Positions 28,366 to 42,517 of a stretch of DNA of 64,000 nucleotides are shown here, one piece after another. Made by a program: the position numbers and the translations under genes. Origin of the DNA: Paramecium tetraurelia (Eukaryota); the NCBI GenBank assembly GCA_000165425.1, contig CT868085.1, positions 248,001 to 312,000 of the forward strand, in the 5' to 3' direction. The number at the start of each line of letters is the position of its first letter. Position 1 is the stretch's first letter. Below the pieces are notes generated by a model. The model did not search any database, was not told the origin of the DNA, and was given only the letters and a program-made list of their open reading frames with translations.

Positions 28366-31331
28366 ATGCAATATCTTCAACCTGTTCTTTGTACAGAATA
28401 GCCAGCTGAAGAATCAATATTGCTTTAATTCAATTAATCATCTCAAGCAAAGGCAGCATTACAAAGTCCAATTTTGCAAAACGAAAATTACTTCATTAAT
28501 TCGGCTAATAAGGACTTAATCAAACTTCATGACACGTAACCATGTTTATTATACTGTATTAGTATAGCAATAAAGGAAAAGGCAGGGTCATCGTTGATCC
28601 AATACTTTCATATAAGACATTTTATTCATTCAATTATGAAGAAGCGAAAATACTTGACAAAGTTTTCGAGAATTCATTTTAACCTAATAAATGATAGCGC
28701 TTCATTTTTCAATCTAAAATTACTAAAATAAAATGCCTTGTCGTTGAAACCAATTTCTTAGACAATTTAATAAACAATGAGATAAAACACGAGAAGCCTA
28801 AAGAAAAAGAATGAGTGTTGGAATAAGATAGCTTAATCATGTGAAAAGTGCTTAAATATGATACCCTTAGTATATCCGGATGATAAATTAAAAGTGAGAT
28901 GGGATTGCATTTTAGTCTTGCCTCGTTTTTATTTTATGTGTATAATCCCGGTTGATTTGGCTTGGACTAAAGAGCAAGTATTGTTTGGCTATGCTTTCAT
29001 TCCAACTCTGATATCTTTAGGACTAATTATCATAGATTTCTTCTTTGGTTTTGCCTGTAGTTATTATGAAGATGGACAAGTAATGGTAGATAGAAAAAAA
29101 GTGTTCTTGCATAATCTCACAAAATCATATGGAATTGAATTAGCATCAACTGTGGTTTTGATTATCTTCTTAATCTTCCAGGTTGGCTATGATTAATAGG
29201 TCGATATCTCAAAAGACATATACTACTTACTATTATTATTTTCCTTAGTGTAGTACAGAAACATAATGAAGATACGAGAACAATTGGAGGAAGCTTTAAA
29301 TCTTTCAGAATATGGCAGTTCCATTGTAGAGCTCGTCAAATTGTTGTGTTTGGTCTGTTACGTTATTCATATTTTTGGCTGTTTATGGTTTTGGGTATTT
29401 TTTATTGGTCATAACAAAAGGTTGGATATTACGGTTCGACATACTTAAACGAGGGTTGGCTGGTTGGATAAGAAGTTGTAACGGCAAATTTTGGTACCCA
29501 ATACTTAAGAGCCATTTACTTTTCTACCGTTACTATGTTCACAGTTGGATACGGAGATATAACTCCAAAGACTGAACCTGAATACATACTGGCAATTATC
29601 TTTATGATGGTCAGTAGCATTCAATTATCATACAGTGTGAGCACTGTGGGGGCTGTTCTTGAGAAAATCACATCCTTTAAGGAGATTAAATAAAAAAAAC
29701 TTAGTATTATAAATAATTTCATGGAGAAAAAATAAATAAACTCCAAACTGTAATTTTAAGTAAGACAATATTTGAACTATTATTGGAACAAGCAATAAGA
29801 CGAAGAGACTTAGGCTGAATAAACAATCATAGATTAATTGAGTCAAACTCTAAAAGAAAAATTAACCTATGAAGCCAATTCTAGGATTCTAAATTAATGT
29901 CGATTTATCAAAGATAATTTTTCGGATAAATTCTAAAAGAAATTAGTTGAAAAGATAAGTTCTCAGTATTTACAGCCAGAAAACATTATAGAATTTTAGA
30001 AGTTTTTCAAAAGAATCAAAAAAATTGAGAAAACTGAATTTTAATGTTTATGCTTCATCGAGATGGGAAAAGTTGAATCATTTATTGAAGATCCCAACAC
30101 CTAAAATGTTATTGCTTCAAATATCACTAATTATTTATAAGGAAAATGCTTCAATGAAATATCATTTCTTACTGGATAAGATTTTAAGGAAAAATTCAAA
30201 ACTGTAGAATTTACCAAATTACTTATTCTATCAAGAAGAGATTTTCTAGCCACAATGAAAGATTTCCCTCAAGACTTTGAAAAATATAAAGAACTTGTAG
30301 ACGATTTTAACATAAACAAAGAAATGTCGATGTTAAAAATTTAATGTCAATCATGTGATTCATACAAACATTTAACTGTTGATTGTCCAATTGTCCATTT
30401 TGTTCCAGAAAGAGAGGTTATTATTAAAAGATCTGCTTATTCATAATTCTAATAAAGAAGGCACATAAAGAGATCCAGAACCAGAACCAAACCAACTATC
30501 AAGATTCAAAGATTAGTGGCCATGCAAGCGAACAAAATGTACAATTAAGTTACCATCGATCCAACCTATTGCAATATCTATGAAATTCCAGATGAGCAAA
30601 TATTTACAGGGGCTGAAGAACCATAACTGTTAAATCAAAATCCTTAACATGTTTAGATACAAATAATAGGTTCTTAAGCCAATAGCTTCGTTTAAAATTC
30701 TATATCCGTTCTACCCCAATAACCAGAATCGCCTAAGCAAAAGAAAGGCTAAAAGACCTTTAATCATCTTAGTGCAAGAGCAATTAGACATAAAAGTAAT
30801 CCCAAAAAACTATTTCGCTTGGGATTTAATGTGGTATCAGGTGCAAGGTTTTGGTCTAAAGTAACGAAGATCAGGAAAAATAGTTCATTATCATTAGAGA
30901 ATATGAATAAGGAATTGCAATTAAGAAGGACATTGATAAATGACTAAATGGATTTAGTACCCAAATCCATTTTGGATGATATGTTCTTTGCAGAATAACT
31001 GTTTTAATAACTTCTGACGCAGTAGCAAGTTGAAGATTAATTCGATTAAGTAAGAGAATGCAAACGGTACAAACCTTAAGATAACCTAAACTAACAACTC
31101 TGTAAATAGGATTTGATAAATGAAAAGTGTTCACCTAATGAATTGGCTTTCTTCCAAAAGATTAGAGAAAAATTGTCATAGTTTATGTGTTTCCCGCATC
31201 AGTATATTTTGAGATACAAATATCCCTTATCTATATCATCTAAAATTGGGTTAGTGGTAGATGTCAGGAAAATTAAAAGGTAAAGCAAAAGTAAATCCAA
31301 GATTGGGAAGTCTATGACGGGAAAGAGATGA
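28366..31331 (+). CDS. 6-TM K+ channel with CNBD-homology domain
   Basis: ATG 28366, IPLVYPDDKLKVRWD, pore VTMFTVGYGDITP, intron 29395-29420, CNBD-like GKCFNEISF, TGA 31329-31331. Confidence 0.92.
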
Positions 31332-31411
31332 TATATTATAAAATTAAAATAACATCAATGTGTATATTTTAAAAAAGGAAATATATTATATATTATAAAT
31401 ATATTAAAATT

Positions 31412-34098
31412 ATGAAACAAAGATTGGCACTCCCTTTTGCTTTTGAAGCTAAATTGCTATCAGAACAAAATGAGTCTAATTTGCTTAGTAGTAAAATTCA
31501 AAATAGCAAATTAATGTAGTATCGATCTGCTCAGTTTTAAGCTGATTTTTGGTGTTTACCTACTAATGATAAAAAATAATTAAACTACGAAAAGAAAAAC
31601 GATTTCATAAGGAGGTTTATTGATAATATGCTTGATCACATTCGAAAAGTCAAGAAATTAACCAACTTTCACATATCACTAATTGGCGACTAAGGAGCCT
31701 CTGAAGAGGTTTTTGTAAAAAGGAAATCTTCTACGCTTCATCATTTAAATTAGTAACAATTGAAGTTTTTTTAAAATGTTAAAAAATCCATAATTATTTA
31801 ATTAGAAAAGTTACCACTTATACACCCTGGTTAATACATTAAAGTGATTTGGGATATTATTGCTGTGACTGCTCGTTTATACTTTTTATATATAATCCCT
31901 ATAGACTTGGCATGGGTTAATCAACAATTTATATTCCATGACTTGAGCTACATTTCAATAACATTTTTACTTATATTGGTTTTTGATTTGCTATTGAGTT
32001 TGAATACTATATATTTTTAAAACGGAGAGGCAGTGGAATCTAGAGTTCATATAATAAAAAATAGCTTGTATAATACTTACGGATTGCAATGGCTCTCAGT
32101 GTTTTAATTATTAATTTATTTCGTTATTTCAGCTTTTACGGATATTTCGTTGGATATTTCCAATAATATATTTAATATAGGTTTACTTATATTTTTAGTT
32201 CACCATAAGACAATTATCAACTATGCCACTAATTACGAAGAAGGTTTGAATTTGTCAAAGCAAACCTCAACGATATTAGCCTTACTAAAATTGATAGCAT
32301 TTCTATTCTATGTGATTCATTTATTTTCCTGTTTTTGGTTTTGGGTAATCCTATTCACTAATGATTTTAGGTTGGTAGATATAGCATAGATAATTATGAA
32401 GGGAAGAGTTGGCTAGTCTCTACTAACATGCTTGAATAGACTTTTAATACTCAATATCTTCAAGCTTTCTATTATACCGCTGTTACGATGTTTACAGTTG
32501 GTTATGGAGATGTAACGCCATAGTCCAATATTGAAAAAATAGTTTCAGTTATTTTAATTATGATATCAAGCATCCAATTACCATATAGCATTAACACTGT
32601 TGGTACAATTATAACAGAAATTTCTGCGTTTTCAGAAGAAAAAAAAAGAAAATTAAGAATCATTAACTCATATATGAATAAAACTTCCTTGTCCTCTGGT
32701 CTATAAGTTTAAGTAAGGAAATATCTTTCTTATTATTGGGAAAATAAAGTCGTTTCTTAATCTGAGGAGGAAAAAGAAATTATAGATTCCTTATCTGAAT
32801 TCCTAAGACAATAATTGATTAATGAAGCTCATCAAAATATTTTTGACTAATGTACTTTGTTTCGGATACCTTTTACTGAATAATTCAAAAAGCAATTAAT
32901 CAAAGAGGTTGAAGAGGTTCTCTTATCTCCAGAATAGGATTTGAAATAATCCAACGATATCTTATTGTATTATATAGAGGAAGGCTCTGTATAAATATGT
33001 TTATAATAAGGAAGAAAAATAAACCTAGGGATAGTTAACAAAGGAGCTTCTATTGGAATGAAAAATTTTATTACAGGCACTGAGTCTCTTGAAACTTTGA
33101 AGAGTGTTGGATTCACAAAAGCTATGTTACTCAAAAGAAGGTGCTTTTTAAAGATATTGCAAGATCATCCTGAAGACTATGAATTATTTTGTTCCATTAG
33201 AGACAAATTAATATTTCAAAAGGATGATCAATATTTTAATGTGAAATGCTTTTCTTGTGGAAAAGAATCTCACAAATTAATTGAATGTCCTTTGATTAAA
33301 TTTATACCAGATAAAGAATTCATAATTAAACAATATTTATATCCTAAAGCTTAAGAAAGAGTAGAATTTGCAAGAACCAGAAGGAAGGTTTAAAGTTTAA
33401 ATCAAAATAGAAAAAAGTTAGAATAGTGCGCACTATTAATTTAGAAGGACAATCCCTAATTATTTTAATTATATAGATTCGATAATATTTTGAATATAGA
33501 TGAAGAATAGTTAAAGCAATACATAAAAAGGTCTAATACAATCCAAAATATAAATACTCATAAACCAAAAATTAAAAAGAAAATTATCTCTGCTTTTGAA
33601 TAAAATCAAGATCCGATAAAGAAAAAATTTAGATAATTAGTAAATAAATTAATTTCGATAAATAAAATATACCCTTATTTTTTAATATAAACGTATGTAG
33701 AATTTGAAAAAATGATTGAATAAAGATCTATTTCATTAACTCTATAGATTTTGGAATAAAGATTAAAAAATATCCATTAATTAGATAATAAACGATTTGA
33801 TATCTACCTAAGTGATATCAACTTTATCATCTCCAAGTTATCCAATAAAACATATATAGACGATTAAGAATTTGAAAGTCCTCAAAGTTATAAATATTAT
33901 TTTAGGAAAGATAATTTTTCAATTGTCAAATAGAAGAATTTTTTATAAAATCTAAATGTTTTGAAAAAATTTATACATTATGTTCAATACCCAGGGGATT
34001 TAATTTAGAGATTCAATTTAACTCAAATCGGAATGTTGTTAGTGGTAAATAAGAGAAGACAAAACTTTTGTCTATCAGCAGTTTAGCCAATTAAGTGA
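31412..34098 (+). CDS. 6-TM K+ channel with CNBD-homology domain (tandem paralog)
   Basis: ATG 31412, pore VTMFTVGYGDVTP, intron 32345-32370, TGA 34096-34098; 887 codons after splicing. Confidence 0.92.
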
Positions 34099-34349
34099 AT
34101 TAATATTTCAAAATTAATATAATTGTTTTTCTCAAGATTTTGGTCTTATAAAATGTACAACCTTTTTAGTTAAAAATATAAATTAATACGATTACATACC
34201 TAAGTTAGTTTAAGGTTAAAATAATTTAGACTATTAATTAGGAATAAATGGGATTAACATTCTAATTCAAAAAATTAAATTTATTTATATAGTAATACAT
34301 TACAAATAGTAGATTTAAAATATATTAGGTTTATAAAGTATTGTATTGA

Positions 34350-37300
34350 TCATTATTTTTTTCTTGCACTTAATAATGTACCCTATTGATATTCATTTTA
34401 TAAAGATAGATCATATTAATTTCTGTATATTGGCAATTATTCTTATTCATAAATTTCTTAACTTTGTTGAGTAGTTTAATGTTTTATTTATCCAAAATAT
34501 TCTGTTGGATCAATGATTCGTTCATTTAAACTAACTTTTTAGTTATACTTGTTCTTATGTTTGATTTTAACATTTTTTTTGAAATTGTTCTTTATTTAAC
34601 TTTTAGGACTACTCCTTATACTACTGCTATACTGCATTTGATTCAAAGTATTAGTGAACATCATTTAGGATAACTATTTGCTCTGTTGATTTGATGTCAA
34701 ATTCTCAGAATCAGACATTTCATCCTCATAATCATAACAATTGAAACTAATGTAATTACAATATAGAATACTTTTGTCTACTGACTTTATCATTTTAAAT
34801 GCTTATTTCATCACTGTCTGAAAATTTGCCTTCTTTTTCTATTTTGATAAACACTAATTTAGAGTAAGATTCCCAAGTTTTGAATAGGATTAAAACTGTC
34901 AAATAATCATGTAAAATGTTGAAATTAGCTCTTAATTGTTTACTAGAACTAATGTTTGTTCTCTCTAATAATCTATTTTTTCTATAGTACATCAATCTCA
35001 ACTACATTTCATTATTGAATTATTTGATCTTGACAATCGAAGATTCAGTGCCTTCTTTGAATACTTCGTTGATAAAACATCTTCGAAATAGTTCATACAT
35101 CAATTAGTTATATTAAATATAGCCATAATGATCACTAGGATAGAAAAGATAAATACCATTTTAATTTGAATGAAGAAGCCAATTTAGCTACATCCCAGAG
35201 ATTCTCTTCTTTGCTTCCTCCTAAAGGTTTGCCAATATCCAACAGAAACTTGCATAAGAACTTATAATTCATGGCTTGTCCTTGAGTTTCTGATGAGTAT
35301 TTACACCATACAGTCTTAATCTTATCCACATTTTCAACATATGTTTGAATAAGCGAATTTTGCAATTAAAAGAATTGTTCAAATTGTTCTATAAGACCAA
35401 GTACAAAGAGATTGAGCAAAACATAATTTGACAAGAGCATGAACAAAAAGAAAAAATATTAATTATTAACACTACCACAATATTTGGGGTCTTCTAAACA
35501 CAAAGGATTATGTTACATAGTATCTGTCATTATTGTCCTCCAATCATCTCCAGAAGCGCATTTAAACAAAGCAAGAAGAGCCTAAGCTACATTTTGAAAA
35601 TTGATTTGATCATCCATCACAGCTCCACCATCAATCTCACCATACAATTAGCATCCAATCAATGCAAAAATGAGCATTGCTATCATTAGGATTGTAAAGA
35701 TCTTGCCTAAAAAAGGCAACGCAAATACCATCACTCTCATCAATCTTTACAAATTGATAAGTCCTTAGAAGATCAAAATCACTCTTAGACTTCTCAAAGA
35801 GAAAAACAATCTCAATAATTGATATCCATTATCATAAGGTGTTGATTTATAATAGATCATAATCCAATCGATCGAATAATCTGCTATAAAATCTATTATT
35901 GATACTATTATTAAAAAGAAATAAAATCTTCTCCAATAATTATCGAAAAATCTACCAATACCCAAAGCCAAAAATAGCAAAATCACCCAGATCACATATA
36001 ACACAGTCAAAGCATTATGGATATTATTGACTGATCTAAAGTACTCTTCACTCATATCTGATTCAAACAATAACAGAATTATCAAGTCCAATATCAAAAA
36101 CAAATACATACAAATTAACAAATATGTATTGTTAGTAATATCTGATGCCAATTTTCTAATACCATTTGTAGGAGGAGAACTGAATATTGGAAAATCTTTA
36201 ATTATAATTGATGCAATTTCTTAGAATTCCTTCTAAGACTGAGTCTCATCTGTCATCTCTATTTTTTATTAATTTTCTTTCAAATTTGAATACAATACTC
36301 CTGTGAATAAACTCAAAAAGAACATTGAACCTATGAAAACAAATATGATAAAAAAGAAGTAAGTGTATACATAACTATTGAATGCCTCTGGTCCAATACT
36401 TGCTAATTAACTGTTTTCAGCGATTTAATATATTTCTCCCCAGCCATCTAATGTTGATGTTACAAATAATGAGGGTATTGCAACTGTTATATTATCAAAA
36501 TTATGTTTGTAGTTAATCCAATGTCTATTTTCTCTTATACATTATTCATAATTAATTTTAAAATTCATTTTGTCATCACAAAATCCAAATTGTCCTTCAT
36601 ACAATATAATAGCATATACTCCAAACATAATCCACACTGCTAACATTGTAATCAAAACATTTGTGATATCTACTAAAGAATACCCTAATGCAATTCTTAA
36701 TTAAGTCAGCCAACTTATCCTAAATAACAATTTCATCGGTCTCAAATACCCTAAATACAAGCAAACATCAAAGATTGGAGCATAGTGATCTGAAGAATTG
36801 CTGAAGGTAATGAAATGTGAAATGATGTATATTACATCTAAAATTTACCACACTGACACAAAATATGATCCCTTATCTAAAAATAACCCTTTTGCTATAA
36901 CATTGATTATTATATCTAAAAACATTTGAATGTTGATTATTAACTGAATCTAATCACAAACTATATTGCTAGTATCCTCATAATCATAGTATGTATTCAT
37001 TATAAAAGTAACCAATGAAGTGTACAACACTAGATCCATAAAGTAAATATAAGTTTTAGATGTTGCTAATCTAGTGCATATCATTCTTAAATAATTAGTC
37101 TTTTCAAAAATGTAAAGAGAGGTTTAACATTCAATTCCTGTATATAGCTTTGGTGATTTATTGAGCAATTCCTTATTTAAAGATCCTAAGTTGATTAAAC
37201 ATATATTTAGTACTTATTGATTTAAAAAAGTTGGTTATGAGACCAATCTTAGATTTTCCTTAAGTTTAAGTTTGTTCTAGCATAATATTAGTTTAAGATG

Positions 37301-40300
37301 CTTGTGGAGTCAAGATTGTCTAATATACTTATTGTTCTAATTCTTAATTGGAATTCTAAGTCAATTGAGCATTTTCTTCATGTACGTGTGTACTTTCAAT
37401 TGATTAGTCTAGATACTTCCCAAAACCATCAAGTAGAATAGCCATAAATAGACCATAAGTTAAATAATTCAATATGATAACCATCGAATAAGAATATATT
37501 ACTGCGAAAGTGTAATTAATATCACTTCCCATTACATACACTCCATACCAATCATCATTGGTCATTATGTTAAATATTGTCATGAATGCTTTAAATATGT
37601 TATCATATGAATGCAATTGTCCTAAAGAATCAGCCTAATCAAACTTACCTGCATACATCTCCATTCCAACCAAAGCATACATAAAAATCACTAAAAACAT
37701 CAAAAATGTCAAATAAATGTATTGTTTGAAAGTCATTGATGCTATGTGTCCTATTTTAACAGCCATCGCATTGTATTTTAGACACCGATAAAATAACAAA
37801 CATTTTGTACCTCTAATCAATCTCAAGTTTTATTATCCCAAACCAATTAACAGATTCTTAATAGTTAATTCAACTATATTCAATATAACAATTGCTGCTT
37901 AAAGTAAGTAATTAGGATTGCTGGTAAAATTTTTTATTGAGATTGATATCAATCTTAGAATCAATTCAAAGGATAGTATGATAGTTGAAACGTTTTCAAC
38001 TGAATGGATTGTAGTAGAATCTACAATATTCCATAATGCCAAAAATGTAAAATTTATGAAAATAATCAAGTCAAAAAATGTTTGACTAGTTGAACTTGTA
38101 ATTATAACATTGGTATGTTTGTTAAAATTTAGAACCATTCCTTTGAGACCTTTCATCCAAATTAGGATGTCCTTTCTGTTGAGTTGAAGGAAAATTTGAC
38201 TAAACATCTAATAGTTTTTTGTATTTAGAGTTAATACGTCTTTACCTGACCAATTGCTTGAAGTGATCAGCTTTCCATTTTAAACTTCTTTCTCTCTTAT
38301 TTTTCTATATTTAAATTGATTACTTGTTTAATTATCTTTGATAATTGGGATTTTCAAATTAATTTTATCACGAATTTCTTTATATGAAAGATAATAACCC
38401 TACACATAAACAGCCTATTCACCATTTATAATTTTTATAAATTTCTTTGATTTTTTTTTAATTGATGTATTCTTTTCAAAACAAAAATTCAGTTTTTATT
38501 CAGGAGATCTTTCAAAATCATCACAAGAATTTTTGCTTGTTTCTTATTCTTTTTCATCCTCTATTTTGATGGTAGTATTCCATTTATTACTTTTCTTTTA
38601 TCTATAAGGGAACTTATTCTTCTTAATTTCAATAGATCTTTGAGCCTATTTCTTTAACTTCTCTACTTAACCCTGCCAATCAGGATATTAATGCTTAAAT
38701 TTAATTTTTCTCATTTTTTCTGGATTGAATTTCTTTTCTTCTTACAATGCTAAATCAATTTCACTAATTTATTAAATTTAAATACATAAACTTTAACAAA
38801 ATGTCATGTTAGCTTGAATAATTTTAATCTATTTATTAATTCACTTAAGATTATAGACATGAATATGATATATTTTACAACTTTTATAGAATTTCTAGTT
38901 CTAGAGGATCATCTGAATACTTTTTAATATTTATCTTTTGTTATTGGTATTTCAATACACGAAACTTAGTCAATAAAAAATTCTTGGTTGTAAATTACCT
39001 TAGTTTATTTTAAAAACTTAAATTCTCTACATTCTATGAAATATCATTTATTTCTTACATATTAGTTATTTAATTTTCTCTATGCAGCTGATAAGGTTCT
39101 AGCTTCAATTATTGTTTTATTCATCTAAGCTTCTGATTCCAAATTCCAACTTAAAACAGATCTTCTCTAAAAAGACTCTCGATATTTTTGAATCGTAGCA
39201 AAAAACCCAATATCTCTTAAAAATGCTACATCAAAGACATTTATTAACTCTCTCTCTGGATATTCTTGATTATCTTTAATCAATTTCTCAATCCTAGCTT
39301 TTTCCTATTGCTTTTCGCTTTCTTCAGCAGCCTCTGAATAATGAGTCTTCAACACAGCTATAACCAAATTAAAACCAAAAAAACCACCCACAAATATAAT
39401 CAACAAATAGTAGACCCAAATCCAAGGATGAAATATTCTCATAGTAAAAAACATCACCCAACTCCAATCATCCATTGTTATAGTTCTTAAAATCTGACCG
39501 TATGAATATATCACATTATTAAATGATGTGGGCATTTTAGGGGTTTCCTCAGTGTACGTACATGTCATGCCATCTTGATAACACTAATTTTGATGACACT
39601 GAATCCACCCATCTGTTTCATCACCATTGTCATATTCACATCGGAAATTAAATAATCCTTAAAATAGAAATACACCAAATATTGCAAAGAATAAGGAAAA
39701 GAGTCCAACTATCATCAAGGCTTCCAATAAAAATTTAATTGATTATTTCAAAGCCAATAACATAACTCCCAATCCTACAAATATATCTCCAAGATAAAAA
39801 AGAAGTGTAATCATTCTTAATGGTGAAATATCTATTATAAAAATCTCTGGATAATAAAGATTAATTGTAGTAGCAAATATCAATGTGAAATCATAAATAT
39901 CCTAAATGTTTCGAAAGAATGCATTTTTTGTAAAAAAAAATCCTGAAACGAAGATTCTCATCAAAATTTCAATTATGAATAGTATAGTTACTGCCTATTC
40001 AATTTCAAATGTGTCTTCTCTATGCTCTGTCTTAACAACTATAAATAAGCAAACATTAAATAATATTAGGATTGTCATAAGCATTTTGTATATTCTGGTA
40101 TTCATCATTCCCTTTGCTAAGATCGGAATCACTAACGAAATAAAAACAAGACATTTGCGAATCTGCAAAAATTTTACATTATCTTAGTATTTCTCAATAT
40201 TATAATTACATATACCTTTAATTCATAAAATAATCTGCTTAGACCCTATAGTGGTACTAATATAATATAGTATGGATCTTGAAAAGGATTTCGCTAGATT

Positions 40301-40873
40301 TGTTTCTCATATCTTTTGATTATCTTCTAGTAAGCTATTTCATTTTCCTGTGGTTCCTCTTGTTCTATAGCTAATAGTTTAGTAATTTCCAACAATTTGT
40401 CTCTATTCTGCAAATCTTACATCTCATAATCACACTGGGGATTGGCATTCAGGGATTTTACATTAAGATTCTCGATAAACTTTTTTGACGTTTTTCTTGA
40501 TTCATATGAAATATATTGAATGGTTAATATAGTTTCTTCGGAATAATCAGATGAATTTAAATTATACTCTTCACAACCCTCTAATTCTTTATCTTATTTT
40601 TTTCTACTTTTAAAAGCAAATAATTAACTTTTTTTATTTAACCAAAGAGGAGCGAGAATTCAAGGATGAATCTATTGATTCTTTTCTATTCTCCTTTTCT
40701 TATTTAATCACTTTTTATGGAGATCCCTATTTTACTATTTGAGTGCCGGCTAATCAAAATGAAAAACATAGAATACATTAAAATTACTAAATAATGCTCT
40801 ACTTTCTTTAAGCCAATTCTTTCGAAATTGTTTATCGTTTTTTGTTATTCCTGGGTTAGTGCTATTAATCCAT
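34350..40873 (-). CDS. Four-domain (24-TM) voltage-gated-type cation channel alpha subunit, D/D/D/D filter; copy A
   Basis: Four pore loops TMDDW, TNDDW, TLDGW, SGDDW; S6 motifs FNLVIAVL and LNLFVLGLIEQF; EF-hand-like C-tail; TGA 34350-34352. The start codon (40873) is tentative because the 5' exons are ambiguous. Confidence 0.88.
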
Positions 40874-42517
40874 GAAGAACAATAAATAATAATTTAATAG
40901 TAAATACAAGTTAATATTTTCAAAAAACAATAAATCAACAATAGAAAATAAAATAGAGACAATGATAATCCTTTTAAAATTTTTATCTCAAATGATCCAG
41001 AAATTTGTTCTTACTTTGATAAAATATAGAGTCTTATATAATTTACTGATCATTATTGAACAATCTAATATAATTGCATTATCCGAATATCTAGTTAATA
41101 TAAATGCCAATATCAAAGAAAAATTGTGATAATTTATATTTTCAATTTCAAACATTGACTTTTTTATTAAAGTTATTAATAAACTATTTGTACTCTTTAC
41201 CCTTCCCATAATCCAACTATTTTTAAATTATCCTTATTCAACTGCAACTCATTCTAATCGACCTTCCCTCATCAACTCTTTAGAGAACATAGGTTTTCTT
41301 TATTAATTAAGATGGCATACTATATATATTTCCTAATCCTTACACAATTAAGTTTCTTAACCTAATGCTTTTATATTCATTCCTAAGTAATATTTTCACC
41401 TCCAAATCCATATTGATTGACTTTTCATTCAAAGTTCTTGACTTGATCATTATGATTTTAATTATCACTCAATCAATTTATCATTTTCCAAAAAATAATA
41501 ATTATTTACATACTCTCTTCTTTTCAACTCTAGTTAAGTAATTTGTTGCACTTTATTGGTGGCAAACAAACAAAGTGCATTTTATTCTATTGATAGTATA
41601 ATTTATAAACACTACTTATATATTTTGGATGTTTATTGTTTTTAATGTTATTCTTAAACTTTTAAATTTAAAGATCGTCTTATTTCATTCATTTTTAAAT
41701 TAGAAGGACTATATTAGAATTATTATTATTATTTTTAATAATCATACTATAATTAAATTATTTTGACTCAATCCCAAGTTCTATTTTAACATTATCATTC
41801 TAACTTTCTCTTTACTTTTAATTTTGATATATAAATTAGTATTTTCTAATTCACATATTTTAAGATGACTATTCACAATTTCTAAGTTTCAGAAATTCAC
41901 TAAAATTAAAGACTTTATAATAATTTCTTAAAAAATGAATATTTTTAAATTATATATTAATTACTAATTCCTATTAAATTTATATCAGAGTGTCCTCACT
42001 AAGGTAATTTCTAAAAAATTTAATTATGAATGCTATAATTATTATGTCTTTAATATTTCACCCACAAATGTTTCGTTTACTTTCATAATTTCTATCCTAA
42101 TTTTAACTTGAATCTTAAAGTTTTATCATAATTGATTAAATAGATTGAGTGAGGAGTAATTATAAAGTCCTTAATTGAGCAATTATAGGAATTACTATTT
42201 TGTTTAAATTGTTAAAAATGTCTTAAAATTGTTAGAACTTGATTTAAAGGAATTCCTTTTTGGTATTTTAGATGAAGTTTTCTAATTTTAATGCTTAAAT
42301 CATATGCAGTAGATTAGTTTATCTTGAAATTTATTTTAATTTAGTTAAATCAAAATATTTCAAATAATTTATATCTGATGTCATTGAACAAACCCTATGA
42401 TATGCTAAAGATCCTAAATGGAATGATGAGATTAGAATAAGATTAAGATAAGGCGATATGATGATTGAGTTTTTGATAAACTACAATGATTAAATTATAT
42501 TAATTTTTCAATAAAAC

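Noticed and set aside
40988..41460. Short minus-strand ORFs upstream of channel copy A
   Set aside because: Frames are short and TGA-interrupted and could not be joined to the channel or to each other with confidence.
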